Shown here piece after piece: positions 53,884-63,535 of a DNA stretch of 64,000 bases. The DNA comes from Candidatus Eiseniibacteriota bacterium (GTDB lineage: Bacteria > Eisenbacteria > RBG-16-71-46), in NCBI GenBank assembly GCA_963744995.1, contig CAVUWA010000005.1:320001-384000 (forward strand). Reading direction: 5' to 3'. The number at the start of each line of letters is the position of its first letter. The stretch's first letter is position 1. The notes under the pieces were generated by a model. It was given only the letters and a program-made list of their open reading frames with translations. It did no database searches and had not been told where the DNA came from. Both the position numbers and the translations under genes were made by a program.

Positions 53884-54923
53884 GTGACGAACTCGATCAA
53901 CCGGCCAACCCGGACCTCGAGCTGATCGCCTCCCTCGGCGAACGCATCGACGCGGCGCTAGAGGGCCTGATCCCGAGCGACCGCCCCTACGCGCTGCTCG
54001 ACTTCCCGCACGCGCCGAACGTGGGCGACAGCATGATCTGGCTCGGCGAGCTCACGTGGTTCGCGCGGCGCGGCTACGGCCCGCCCTGCTACACGTGCAG
54101 CAACCTCACGTTCTCACCCGAGATCCTGCGACGGCGGATCGGCGACGGGACGATCGTCCTGTCCGGCGGCGGCAACTTCGGCGACCTCTACCCCACGCAT
54201 CAGGCCATGCGCGAGGCCGTGCTGGAACAGTTTCCCGACCACCCGGTCGTCCAGCTGCCGCAGACGATCCACTTCGAGTCCCCGGAGATGCAACAGGCCG
54301 CCGCAGCGAAGTTCGCGGCGCACCCGCGGCTCCTCGTGCTGGTGCGCGACGAGCAGAGCCTCGAGACGGCGAGCGGACCGCTCGGCGTCAACGCGCGCCT
54401 GTGCCCCGACATGGCGTTCTGTCTCGGTCCGATCCCGTGGCGCCCGCCGCCACGCGGAGGAATCGTCTGGATGCGCCGCCAGGACAAGGAGTCGGCGGGG
54501 GCGAGCGTCGATGCGCCGCCCCGGGGGGTGCGCGCCGTCGACTGGCTGGAAGACTGGCGCACGCCGCTGCTCTCGCTGAACCACATTCTCGCGCGGCAGC
54601 TGCGCTACCGCCCACCGTTGCGGAAGCCGCTCCAGGATCTGCTGTCGTCCACCTTCCCCGGCATCGCGCGGCAGCGCGTCGAGCGCGGGCGCCGAATCCT
54701 CGGCGCCGGACGGTTCGTGATCACCGACCGGCTGCACGGCCACATCCTCTCGATCCTCATGGGGATTCCGCACGCCGTGCTCGACAACGCATACGGCAAG
54801 GTGCGGCGCTTCCATGGCTGCTGGACCGCGCGGTCGCGGCTCGCCGAGTGGTGCCGGAGCGAGGAGGAAGCGCTGGCCTGCGCGCAGACCCGGGTCCCCG
54901 CAGGGCGCCCCGCGTTCGCCTGA
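53880..54923 (+). CDS. Polysaccharide pyruvyl transferase family protein
   Basis: NVGDSMI, GGGNFGDLY, QLPQTI, RD, PDMAF, TDRLHGHI, DNAYGK. Confidence 0.9.
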   Translation: MSDELDQPANPDLELIASLGERIDAALEGLIPSDRPYALLDFPHAPNVGDSMIWLGELTWFARRGYGPPCYTCSNLTFSPEILRRRIGDGTIVLSGGGNFGDLYPTHQAMREAVLEQFPDHPVVQLPQTIHFESPEMQQAAAAKFAAHPRLLVLVRDEQSLETASGPLGVNARLCPDMAFCLGPIPWRPPPRGGIVWMRRQDKESAGASVDAPPRGVRAVDWLEDWRTPLLSLNHILARQLRYRPPLRKPLQDLLSSTFPGIARQRVERGRRILGAGRFVITDRLHGHILSILMGIPHAVLDNAYGKVRRFHGCWTARSRLAEWCRSEEEALACAQTRVPAGRPAFA

Positions 54924-54989
54924 GCCGCGCGGCGCACGGCCGGCGCCCGCCGGGCGCCCCACCGGTGCGCCGTGCCGCCACGGGCGGGG

Positions 54990-55153
54990 CCAAGCAGAAC
55001 GCGGGAGGCGATGATCGCCTCCCGCGTTTCTTTCGGTGGGCTGCTGGGATTCGCTGGAACGACCCAACTGCCGTCGTACCGAGCCGTCCTAGCGGACAGC
55101 CACCTCCGCGATCCACTTCCGTTTATCCAATGGACCACCTCCTTTCCCGCGTA
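54990..55153 (-). ncRNA. Putative small RNA / micro-ORF transcript with extended complementarity to the 16S rRNA 3' end
   Basis: Own promoter and terminator; GAAAGGAGGTGGTCCA (55146-55131) then TTG ORF MDKRKWIAEVAVR* (55130-55089); internal hairpins. Confidence 0.55.
54998..55033. terminator. Strong, probably bidirectional intrinsic terminator
   Basis: AACGCGGGAGGCGA / TCGCCTCCCGCGTT stem; T-rich tail on +, weaker tail (TTCTGCTT) on -. Confidence 0.75.
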
Positions 55154-55159
55154 TGCGGG

Positions 55160-55188
55160 ACACTAGGAATCCGGTCCGCACATGTCAA
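55160..55188 (-). promoter_or_regulatory. Near-consensus sigma70 promoter
   Basis: TTGACA (55188-55183), 17 nt, TAGTGT (55165-55160); T-rich upstream element. Confidence 0.7.
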
Positions 55189-55331
55189 AGAAAGAATGCA
55201 CGCGGCAGCGCGGGCATCGCCCGATTCGTGCGTCATGACGGATCGTTGACATGAGAACGATGGAGGTGCCACAGGATCCCTCGCCGCCGCGAGCGCCGGA
55301 GCGACGCGGCGCTTCGGCGGCTGCACCGGCG

Positions 55332-56210
55332 CTAGTGGCGCTGCTGCAGGGTGCGGAAGATGTGCAGATGCCTGAGCGCGGCATGGAAGTCGCCGAGCTT
55401 CTCGCACAGCGTCGCCAGGTTGTAGTGCGCATCCGCGAACTGCGGGTCCGCGGCGAGCGCGCGCTCGTAGGCGTCGAGCGCATCGACCGGGCGGCCGAGA
55501 TCCTCGAGCGCCACGCCGAGGTTGAACCACGCGGTCGGATGATCGCCGCCGTAGTCGAGCGCCCGCCGGTAGTGCGCTTCGGCGGCCTTCACCTCGCCGG
55601 CCTCGTGCAGCATGCGGCCGAGGTTCAGGCGGGCGTCCACGTGCGTGGGATCGGCCTCCAGCGCACGCCCGTAGGCGCGCCGCGCTTCCGTCTCGTCGAA
55701 GGGCTCGAGATCGCACGCGACCCCGTACCAGTCCTCGGCGTCGAGTGCGGTCTCCGAAGCCTCGGCCGCGGCGGCATTGCGGCGCGCGAGCGGCTCCACG
55801 CGCGCCGCGAACTCGGCCATGTCGAAGTCGAGCAGCGCCTGCCCGGAAGCCGGCTCCCATGCGACCGCGCCGTCGTGGACGATCACCTTGTCGCCCGCCG
55901 CGCTCAGCCGCACGCCGGTAATCGCCCGGCCGCGCGGCAGCTGATGCCTGAGCTCGCGCAACGCGCGGTAGACCTTGCGCGGCGGCAGTTCCCGGGTGAG
56001 CGCACGTGCCGTGCGCAGCAGCACCAGATCCTGGAACGAAAAGCGCGGTTCGCCCCGGGCATCGCGTCGCGGTTCGACGCAATCGGCGCGCACGTAGGCC
56101 TGCAGCTGTGCGGGGGTCATGCCCAGCAGGCGCGTCACGTCCTTCGCCGCATAACCCGTCGGGAAAGCGACGTGGTTTTCGATCCTGCGCGTGGAAGTCG
56201 CGGGGCTCAT
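55332..56210 (-). CDS. MerR-type HTH plus TPR repeat protein
   Basis: YAAKDVTRLLGMTPAQLQAYVR...FSFQDLVLLR HTH; WEPASGQALLDF linker; TPRs (NLGRMLHE, AWFNLGVALED, ADAHYNLA). Confidence 0.8.
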   Translation of the reverse strand: MSPATSTRRIENHVAFPTGYAAKDVTRLLGMTPAQLQAYVRADCVEPRRDARGEPRFSFQDLVLLRTARALTRELPPRKVYRALRELRHQLPRGRAITGVRLSAAGDKVIVHDGAVAWEPASGQALLDFDMAEFAARVEPLARRNAAAAEASETALDAEDWYGVACDLEPFDETEARRAYGRALEADPTHVDARLNLGRMLHEAGEVKAAEAHYRRALDYGGDHPTAWFNLGVALEDLGRPVDALDAYERALAADPQFADAHYNLATLCEKLGDFHAALRHLHIFRTLQQRH

Positions 56211-56399
56211 CGCATCCTGCTCGCCGTCCGCTGCGGACGGATGTGGACGCCCGAATCGGAGCCGCCGGGCCGTGGCGCGTCCTTGCCGGACCGGGGCGCG
56301 GCGCTTCGTGTGCCGCAGACCGCGATGATACGCCCTCATGTGGAGCGTGCAAGGAACGATCGGCCGGGTGCCGGCGCCGCTCCTGCGCTCTCGGTGCCG

Positions 56400-57275
56400 C
56401 TACCGTGCCGCCTTCTTCTTCTTCGCCGTCTCGCTCTTGGCCGGTCGCGGCGAGCGCTTGGCGGCCTTGCGCGAGGCGCCGCCCTTCTTCGCGCCGCCGC
56501 CCGCGCCCTCGCCCAAGCTCTGCTTGAGCGCATCCATCAGATCGATGATCTGCGCCTGCGGCGCCTCGCTCGACAGCGCGAGGATGTCCTGGCCATCCAC
56601 CTTCTTCTGGATCATCGCCAGCATGCGGTCGCGCGAAGAATCCGAGTAGGCCTCGGGCTTGAAGTCCTCTGCGATGTTCTGCTCCATGAGCTGCAGCGCG
56701 AGCTTGAGTTCGCCCGGCTTGATCTCGGGCGTGTCGGGCATGTCGATCTCGGAGAACGGCCGCACCTCGTGCGCGTAACGCAGCTGCTGCATCACGAGGC
56801 CTTCCTTCACCGCCCGCAACATGACCAGGTAGTTCTTGCCGCGCGCCGCGTACTGGGCGATACCGACCACGCCGGTCTGGCGCATGGCCTCGCCGAGCAG
56901 CGCATAGGCGCGTTCGGCGCCCTTGTCGGGCCCGAGGTAGTAGGGTTTGTCGAAGTAGACCGGATCCACCTTGTCGATCGGGATGAACTCGCTGATCGCG
57001 ATGGCGCGGGTGGGATCCTCTTCGACCGCCTTGACCTCTTCGGGCGTGAAGAGGACGAACTGGTCCTTCACGAACTCGTAGCCCTTCGCGATGTTCTCGC
57101 GCGGCACGATTTCGTTATCCTTCGGACACATGTACTGCTGCTTGAGCGGCGTGCCGCACTTGTCGTGCACCATGCGGAACGACACGGTCTCGGACGACTT
57201 CCCGGAGGAGAACAGCTTGACGGGAATCGCCACCAGTCCGAATGAGATCGTTGCTGAACCGAGTGCGCTGGCCAT
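56400..57275 (-). CDS. ku: NHEJ DNA end-binding protein Ku
   Basis: ISFGLVAIPVKL, KGYE, YFDKPYYLGP, IIDLMDALKQSL, basic tail. Confidence 0.95.
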   Translation of the reverse strand: MASALGSATISFGLVAIPVKLFSSGKSSETVSFRMVHDKCGTPLKQQYMCPKDNEIVPRENIAKGYEFVKDQFVLFTPEEVKAVEEDPTRAIAISEFIPIDKVDPVYFDKPYYLGPDKGAERAYALLGEAMRQTGVVGIAQYAARGKNYLVMLRAVKEGLVMQQLRYAHEVRPFSEIDMPDTPEIKPGELKLALQLMEQNIAEDFKPEAYSDSSRDRMLAMIQKKVDGQDILALSSEAPQAQIIDLMDALKQSLGEGAGGGAKKGGASRKAAKRSPRPAKSETAKKKKAAR

Positions 57276-57304
57276 TGGCGTGAAACCCTAGCACGGGGAA
57301 GCGG

Positions 57305-59899
57305 GTGGGCAAGAGCAAGAAGATCGACCGGCTGGAACGCTACCGGGCCAAACGGACCCCGGGCGGGACCCCGGAGCCGTTCGGCGGCGGCGCGCTAAGG
57401 CCTTGTCTTTTCGTCGTGCAGAAGCACGCAGCACGCGCCACCCACTACGATTTTCGGCTGGAGTGGGGCGGGACTTTGCTGTCCTGGGCGGTCCCCCACG
57501 GAATTTCACGAGACCCGGACGTGAAGCGCCTCGCCGTGCACGTCGAGGACCACCCGGTCGACTATGCGGACTTCGAGGGGCTGATCCCGCCCGGCAACTA
57601 CGGTGCCGGCGCCGTGATCGTCTGGGACCGCGGGCTGTGGATTCCGTTCGACGACCCCGACCAGTTCGGTGAGACCGGCAAGCTGCACTTCGAGCTGCGC
57701 GGCTACAAGCTGCGCGGCATCTTCACGCTGATCAAGACGAAGCGCGGCGACAACCAGTGGATCCTGTTCAAGAAGCGCGACGGCCACGAGGTGCCCGGGG
57801 ACGAGCCGGCGCTCGCCGAGACCTCGGTGCTCTCAGGGCTCACGGTCGAGCAGCTGGCCGCGGGCGAGACGCGGGCGGGCCAGGTGGAAGCCGCGCTGCG
57901 CCGCGCGAAGGCGCCGCGCCGCCGCGTGGATCCGATGAAGGTCGACGTCATGCTGGCCGAGACCGGCGGGCAGCCGTTCTCACGCGCCGGCTGGCTGTTC
58001 GAACTCAAGTACGACGGCTACCGCATGCTGGCCGCCCGCGACGCCGACGGGAACGTCAAGCTGCGTTACCGGAGCGGCATCGACGCGACGCCGGTGTTCC
58101 CGGACGTGGCGCGCGCGGTGAAGGCGCTGCCCTACGACATGGTGCTGGATGGCGAGGTGGTGGTGCTCGACGACGAGGGACGCCCGGATTTCCACCGACT
58201 TCAGAAACGTGGCCGGCTGCAGAAACGGCTCGAGATCGACCGCGCGACGGTGAACCTGCCCGCGACCTACTTCGCGTTCGACCTGCTCGGCTTCGAGGAC
58301 TTCGACCTGCGCGGGCTGCCGCTCACGAAGCGCAAGGCGCTGCTCCGCGATCTGCTGCCCCCCGTCGGCGTGGTGCGCTTCAGCGATCACATCGAGACGC
58401 GCGGCGCCGAGATGTTCGCCCAGGTCGAGAAGATGGGCCTCGAAGGCATCGTCGCGAAACAGGCGCGTTCGCCCTACCGCGGCCGGCGCTCCGGTGAGTG
58501 GCTGAAGCTCCCGGTCGAGAAGACCGGGGATTTCGTGGTGTGCGGCTGGTCACCGCCGCAGGGCTCGCGCTCGGGCTTCGGCGCGCTGCACCTGGGCGCG
58601 TACGACGACGGCGCCCTGGTCTATGCGGGCAGCGTCGGCACCGGCTTCAACGCGAAGCAGATCGCGGCGCTGGTGAAGACGCTCGAGCCGCTCAGGCGCA
58701 GGAAGGCGCCGTGCACGGGTGCCGTGCCGAAGGGTCCCGGGCACGTATGGCTCGAGCCCGAGCGCGTCGTCGAAGTCGGCTACAAGGCGATCACCCCTGA
58801 CGGCCTGCTGCGCATCCCGGTATTCCGCCGCCTGCGCGACGACAAACGCCCGGAGGAATGCGCGCATCCGGCCCCGGGCGAGCTGCCCGATCCGGCCGAG
58901 ACGCTCGCGGCGCTGCGCGAGGAGCGCAGTTCCGAGCGCACGGTGCAGACCACCAACCCCGAAAAGGTGTTCTGGCCCGCCGAGGGCTACACCAAGGGCG
59001 ACCTGGTCGGTTACTACGCGGCGATCGCGCCGTGGATCCTCCCCTACCTCGAAGACCGGCCGCTGGTGCTGACGCGCTTCCCCGACGGCATCGAGGGCAA
59101 GAGCTTCTATCAGAAGAATGCGCCGGCGTTCACGCCGGCGTGGGTCCGGCGTGCGCCGATCTGGAGCGAGAGCTCCGAGCGCGACGTCGAGTACCTGGTC
59201 TGCGACGACGCGGTGACGCTGCACTACGTCGCCAACGCGGCGGCGATCCCGCTGCACGTGTGGTCGTCGCGGGTCACGACGATCCAGCAGCCCGACTGGT
59301 GCATCCTCGATCTCGACCCCAAGGAGGCGCCGTTCAAGCACGTCATCCATCTCGCCCTGGCGATCCGCGCGCTGTGCGACGACATCGAGCTGCCGTGCTT
59401 CGCGAAGACCAGCGGCTCGACCGGCCTGCACGTGCTGATTCCGCTCGGCGGCCAGTGCACCTACGAGCAGTCGCGCATGCTCGGCCACCTGCTCGGCCAG
59501 GTGATCGTCGCCGAGCACGGGGAGATCGCCACGATCGCGCGCCGCTTCGAGCAGCGGGGCGGCAAGGTGTATGTCGACTACCTGCAGAACCGCCACGGCC
59601 AGCTGCTGGTGGCGCCGTTCTGCGTGCGGCCGCTGCCGGGCGCGCCGGTGTCGATGCCGCTTGAGTGGAAGGAAGTGAACGGGAAGCTCGACATGTCGAA
59701 GTTCACGATCCGCACGATGCCGAAGCGCATGGAAAAGCTCGGCGAGGATCCGATGCGGCCCGTCATGACGCTGCGGCCCGATCTGGCCGGGGCGCTGGGG
59801 CGACTCGCGGCGCGGGTGGAGCGGGGCGAGGCGAAAACCCGGACCCGGCGAGCGCGACTGCCGAGACCCTCGGCTTCTCGCACGCGCCGGCGCGGCTGA
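57305..59899 (+). CDS. ligD: NHEJ DNA ligase D (phosphoesterase-ligase-polymerase order)
   Basis: PE: QKHAARATHYDFRLE; ligase: ELKYDGYR, EGIVAK; polymerase: RFPDGI, DLDP, KTSGSTGLH, YVDYLQN. Confidence 0.95.
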   Translation: MGKSKKIDRLERYRAKRTPGGTPEPFGGGALRPCLFVVQKHAARATHYDFRLEWGGTLLSWAVPHGISRDPDVKRLAVHVEDHPVDYADFEGLIPPGNYGAGAVIVWDRGLWIPFDDPDQFGETGKLHFELRGYKLRGIFTLIKTKRGDNQWILFKKRDGHEVPGDEPALAETSVLSGLTVEQLAAGETRAGQVEAALRRAKAPRRRVDPMKVDVMLAETGGQPFSRAGWLFELKYDGYRMLAARDADGNVKLRYRSGIDATPVFPDVARAVKALPYDMVLDGEVVVLDDEGRPDFHRLQKRGRLQKRLEIDRATVNLPATYFAFDLLGFEDFDLRGLPLTKRKALLRDLLPPVGVVRFSDHIETRGAEMFAQVEKMGLEGIVAKQARSPYRGRRSGEWLKLPVEKTGDFVVCGWSPPQGSRSGFGALHLGAYDDGALVYAGSVGTGFNAKQIAALVKTLEPLRRRKAPCTGAVPKGPGHVWLEPERVVEVGYKAITPDGLLRIPVFRRLRDDKRPEECAHPAPGELPDPAETLAALREERSSERTVQTTNPEKVFWPAEGYTKGDLVGYYAAIAPWILPYLEDRPLVLTRFPDGIEGKSFYQKNAPAFTPAWVRRAPIWSESSERDVEYLVCDDAVTLHYVANAAAIPLHVWSSRVTTIQQPDWCILDLDPKEAPFKHVIHLALAIRALCDDIELPCFAKTSGSTGLHVLIPLGGQCTYEQSRMLGHLLGQVIVAEHGEIATIARRFEQRGGKVYVDYLQNRHGQLLVAPFCVRPLPGAPVSMPLEWKEVNGKLDMSKFTIRTMPKRMEKLGEDPMRPVMTLRPDLAGALGRLAARVERGEAKTRTRRARLPRPSASRTRRRG

Positions 59900-59921
59900 T
59901 TCAAAGCCGGCGAACGCCGGC

Positions 59922-62798
59922 TCAGCCGGGCGGGGACTGGCCCCGGAGGCGAATCAGAAGCATCGCGATCGCGCCCACGAACACCATCAGCACCACGAGC
60001 ATCGCGGGCGGTGGCCATGGACTCTTCCTGGTGAGGCCCACCCGAGTCGCGGGATTTCCCACCACGACGTAGCCGGCCCAGAATCGCGGATCTCGAAATC
60101 TGGCCTGCTTCGCCAGGTCGCGCTGGGCTCTGCCGACGGCGTCTCCCACCGTGAGACCGTCCGCGAGCCCTTCGTAGAATTCCCGGGTGAAGTAGGCGGT
60201 CGCCCGATCGTCCACGGGCCATAGCGTCGCCACGACGGTCGGAGCTCCCGCAGCCAGAAACGCGGTCGCCATGCCGGCCACGCCCTCCCCGGCCAGCACG
60301 GCCTCCCCGATCGTCGTGCACGATGCCAGCACTACCAGTTGCGCACGGATGCTCATGGAGGCCACCCGGTCGGCGCGGAGTTCGGGCTCGCCCTCGGGGC
60401 CATCGAGCGAGAGACGCACGGCGGACCGCCACGGTGCCCCATCATCGGCTCGCATGTGGCCTGCGAGGTGCAGTACGTCGCTTTCGGGCCAGGGGCGACC
60501 CTCCACCGGTTTGTTGGGATCCATGGCGATGGCGCCCTCGAAGTGCTTCGAGAGCCAGGACACCTCATTGCGGGCCCCGGCCAGCGGCCGCTCATTCCCC
60601 GGCGCGTTCGTGCCTGCGCAGGCCAGCAGGGTTTCGATGGGGCGCGGGTGGGTCGCCCGTCGCGCGAGCGCAAGTACCGTTGCCGAAGGAACCACCGACA
60701 CGGGAGGCGTGGCGGCAACATCTCCATCGAAAGCCGCCGCCGCAACGAGCAATCGGAACGGCGCGAGGTGCAGCGCCCCCTCCGGCGCGACCACGACGCT
60801 CGAGGCCGTTTGCAGCAGCTCGGCGACGGGCCCGAGAACGACATCGGCGATCGCCTTTGTCGTCGCCCGAACATCGCTCGTGACCACGTCTGGATCGATG
60901 AGAAGCTGGCGCCACTCGCGGACCTGCTGCGCCAGGGTCCTAGCGGGAAGTTCGATCGGGAAGTACCGAATACGATCCCGGTTGATTGCGAACGCACCGC
61001 ACCCGGCATCCGACATCCGCAGGTCGACGAGCAACTCTCCGGGCAAGAGCACCTTCTGCTGAAGCGTGACCGCCCGAATCGCCTCGTCGCTGCCCGTGCT
61101 GTCCACCGCCTGACTGGCGAGGCGGTCCACGAGATTCAGCGCCTTGTAGCGCTCGGCGACATCGAACGCTTTCGCAACGCCCTGGATGGTCGTGTCTCCA
61201 CCGGCCAGCGAAATCATGCTTGCCCCGGCGATTTCGGCACCGATGGTGGCGAGACGTTCGCGAAACTCGTTCGTTCCGCTTCGACGCCGCGCCTCCCGCC
61301 AGCTCTCGCCAGCCGCCTCCAGGTACCGGGCGGTGTTCACGAAGCGTCCAACGCTCTGTGCGGCCCGAGCACGACCTACCAGGAGTTCGGCCTTGAAGGT
61401 ATGAAAGGGCTCGGCACTCGAGCGGCGCAGAGCCTCCGCGAAGTACGCATCCGCAGCGCCGGGACGGCCGGCATCGAGAAGAACGGATCCCGCACGGAGA
61501 CGAAGATACGAAGCTCGGTTCACCGAGGCTTCGTCGGCAAGGGGCAGATAGGCCTGCACGGTCGCGAGTGCCGCATCGAGGCTGTCCATCATCCACAGGT
61601 TGTCCGCGACGGTGGCGGCCGCAGACAGCGTCGTGACGGCCAGCCCGGGATTCGGCCGCGAGAGAATCCTGCGCAGTCGACGGTTTGATTCCGCATAGCT
61701 GCGAAGATTGCTGAGCGCCCAGCCCGAAACCAGTCGGGATCCGTTGGCCAGCACGACTTCTCCGATCTCCTCGGCGATCGTCGTTGCAGAGTCCGCCAGC
61801 AGCACGGCCTCGTTCAGTCTCTGGAGCCTGACGAGGGCGTGGGCACGCCGCTCCATGAGCCAGGCGCGTCTCCGTGGATTCGCGCCTCTTCGAACGACGG
61901 AGTCGAGGCTCGCGTACACGCGCAGGGCCCGCTCGTTGTATTGCTCGCGTGTCTCGAAAGCGCCCAGGTTTGCAAGCAGGGAGAACAGCACTTCGTCCCT
62001 TCCCGACGCGCGGGCGCGTGCGACCCCGCGCTCGAACAGGCGACGCGCCCGGTCCGGGTGACCGCTCTCGACGGCAGCGATGGCCCGATACTGCAGCGTC
62101 TTCGCTTCTTCCGTGACAAGGTCTTCGGCTTCCATGACGGGCTGCGCGGCCGCGAGGAGTGATTCGGCAAGGGGGACCTGCCCCATGAAGAGCCGGAGTG
62201 TGCCCTCCCGCAGATCGGCGGCAGCTTCCCAGCGCCGAGAACCGATCCGACGTGCGAGCAGCCGCAATCGATCGTTCGTGGCCAGCGCCTCGGACCGCCG
62301 TCCAAGAAGCTGCTGGGCGCTGGAGCGTTGCTCCAGGGCAGCGCACTCCCCTTCTGCGTCGTCGATGCTCCGGGCTGCTTCGATCGCCAGTTCGAGGGTC
62401 TCGAGGCGATCGGCCTGTCTCGACTGCTGATCGAGCAGAGCCGCCTGAGCGAGAAGAAGAGCGAGTCTCGCGCGATCGTCCTGTGCCCGGTCAGCCTCGA
62501 CTCGCAGCGACTCCAGAGTCGCCGCCCACCGGTGGAGGCGATCGCCCGCGGGCATTGCTGTCACGGAGTCGGTCAGTGCCACGACTCGCGCCTGGAACCC
62601 CGAGGGCGATGGCGCAGCGAGACCAGTCGCGCCATGCACGAGTGCCGCGACACCAAGGCTGGTGAAGAGGACGTGCCGAATTCGAGGGGGCAGGCGGTCC
62701 AAGGCGAAGTCCGATGGAAGGGAGGGCTCCCGTGGGCCATCGTACACATCGAACCCGGGAAGCTCCACCGGAACGTGTCCGCAGGCGTCGGCAGACAT
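59922..62798 (-). CDS. TPR plus CHAT (caspase-like) domain protein with C-terminal TM helix; start uncertain
   Basis: TPR-like helices; PEGALHLAPF, LHLAGH (His), LVVLASC (Cys), GEGVAG, VVATLWPVDD, FWAGYVVVG; hydrophobic C-terminus. Confidence 0.88.
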   Translation of the reverse strand: MSADACGHVPVELPGFDVYDGPREPSLPSDFALDRLPPRIRHVLFTSLGVAALVHGATGLAAPSPSGFQARVVALTDSVTAMPAGDRLHRWAATLESLRVEADRAQDDRARLALLLAQAALLDQQSRQADRLETLELAIEAARSIDDAEGECAALEQRSSAQQLLGRRSEALATNDRLRLLARRIGSRRWEAAADLREGTLRLFMGQVPLAESLLAAAQPVMEAEDLVTEEAKTLQYRAIAAVESGHPDRARRLFERGVARARASGRDEVLFSLLANLGAFETREQYNERALRVYASLDSVVRRGANPRRRAWLMERRAHALVRLQRLNEAVLLADSATTIAEEIGEVVLANGSRLVSGWALSNLRSYAESNRRLRRILSRPNPGLAVTTLSAAATVADNLWMMDSLDAALATVQAYLPLADEASVNRASYLRLRAGSVLLDAGRPGAADAYFAEALRRSSAEPFHTFKAELLVGRARAAQSVGRFVNTARYLEAAGESWREARRRSGTNEFRERLATIGAEIAGASMISLAGGDTTIQGVAKAFDVAERYKALNLVDRLASQAVDSTGSDEAIRAVTLQQKVLLPGELLVDLRMSDAGCGAFAINRDRIRYFPIELPARTLAQQVREWRQLLIDPDVVTSDVRATTKAIADVVLGPVAELLQTASSVVVAPEGALHLAPFRLLVAAAAFDGDVAATPPVSVVPSATVLALARRATHPRPIETLLACAGTNAPGNERPLAGARNEVSWLSKHFEGAIAMDPNKPVEGRPWPESDVLHLAGHMRADDGAPWRSAVRLSLDGPEGEPELRADRVASMSIRAQLVVLASCTTIGEAVLAGEGVAGMATAFLAAGAPTVVATLWPVDDRATAYFTREFYEGLADGLTVGDAVGRAQRDLAKQARFRDPRFWAGYVVVGNPATRVGLTRKSPWPPPAMLVVLMVFVGAIAMLLIRLRGQSPPG

Positions 62799-62839
62799 CC
62801 GCGGATGAGACCGCCTCGGCTAGGCGGTAGCCGCGCTGT

Positions 62840-63535
62840 TCATCGGGGCATCTCGATTTGGAGGTGCGGGGAGCGGGCCAGCACCAGTCCGCCCCGAAGC
62901 GCAGTCAGCCGCCAGTAAGCCGCGCGGTTCTCGTCCTCTGCGCGGAACAGCTGGGTGTTCTCCAGCACGAGCGCAGTGTCTGCGACGGTGACGGGAGGCC
63001 GCGCCGGAAGCATGTGCGCGGTCAGGAATTGCACCTCGTAGTGGTCGGCGCCTTCCACCCCGTTCCAGCTGAATCTCACCCGGTCTCCCTCGAATCGAGG
63101 GGGCGCGACCTGCAATTCGATCGGTTCGGGCCCTCTCGTCGTTCCCTCGCGGTCGAGCCAGCCGGGCAGGACGAACACTCCGATCACGACGACCGCAGCC
63201 GCGGCGGCCAGCGCAATGCCCCAACCGGCAGGCGTGACGCGCGGGCCGAATCGCGATCCGGCCCCAGCGGATGCGGAGCGTGCGGCGTCGGGCGATGCGT
63301 CGAGCTCACGGGCCGTCGAGCCCAGCGCCTCGTCCAGCGCCGCCATCATGCGCTGAACGGCTTCGTCCGTTCGCGCGCCTTCGGGTGGCGCGCCCGAGTG
63401 CAGGAACTCCCGCAGCGCGATGAACCGCACCCACTGCTCCGGGTCACGGCGAAGCGCCTGCACCTCGGGATGGTCATCGGGCAGGGCCACGAGATCCGCC
63501 AGTCGATCGTCGATCCTGCCTTCAGACTCGGTCAC
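62840..63535 (-). CDS. Putative anti-sigma factor (single TM, FN3-like extracytoplasmic domain)
   Basis: GTGA overlap with the sigma gene; TM WGIALAAAAAVVVIGVFVL; VRFSWNGVEGADHYEV. Confidence 0.6.
   Translation of the reverse strand: MTESEGRIDDRLADLVALPDDHPEVQALRRDPEQWVRFIALREFLHSGAPPEGARTDEAVQRMMAALDEALGSTARELDASPDAARSASAGAGSRFGPRVTPAGWGIALAAAAAVVVIGVFVLPGWLDREGTTRGPEPIELQVAPPRFEGDRVRFSWNGVEGADHYEVQFLTAHMLPARPPVTVADTALVLENTQLFRAEDENRAAYWRLTALRGGLVLARSPHLQIEMPR

Noticed and set aside
55131..55146. Possible 16S rRNA gene remnant (TGGACCACCTCCTTTC)
   Set aside because: Flanking sequence shows no similarity to 16S helix 45 or an ITS; the match is confined to the anti-SD segment and sits inside a promoter-terminator unit on the other strand
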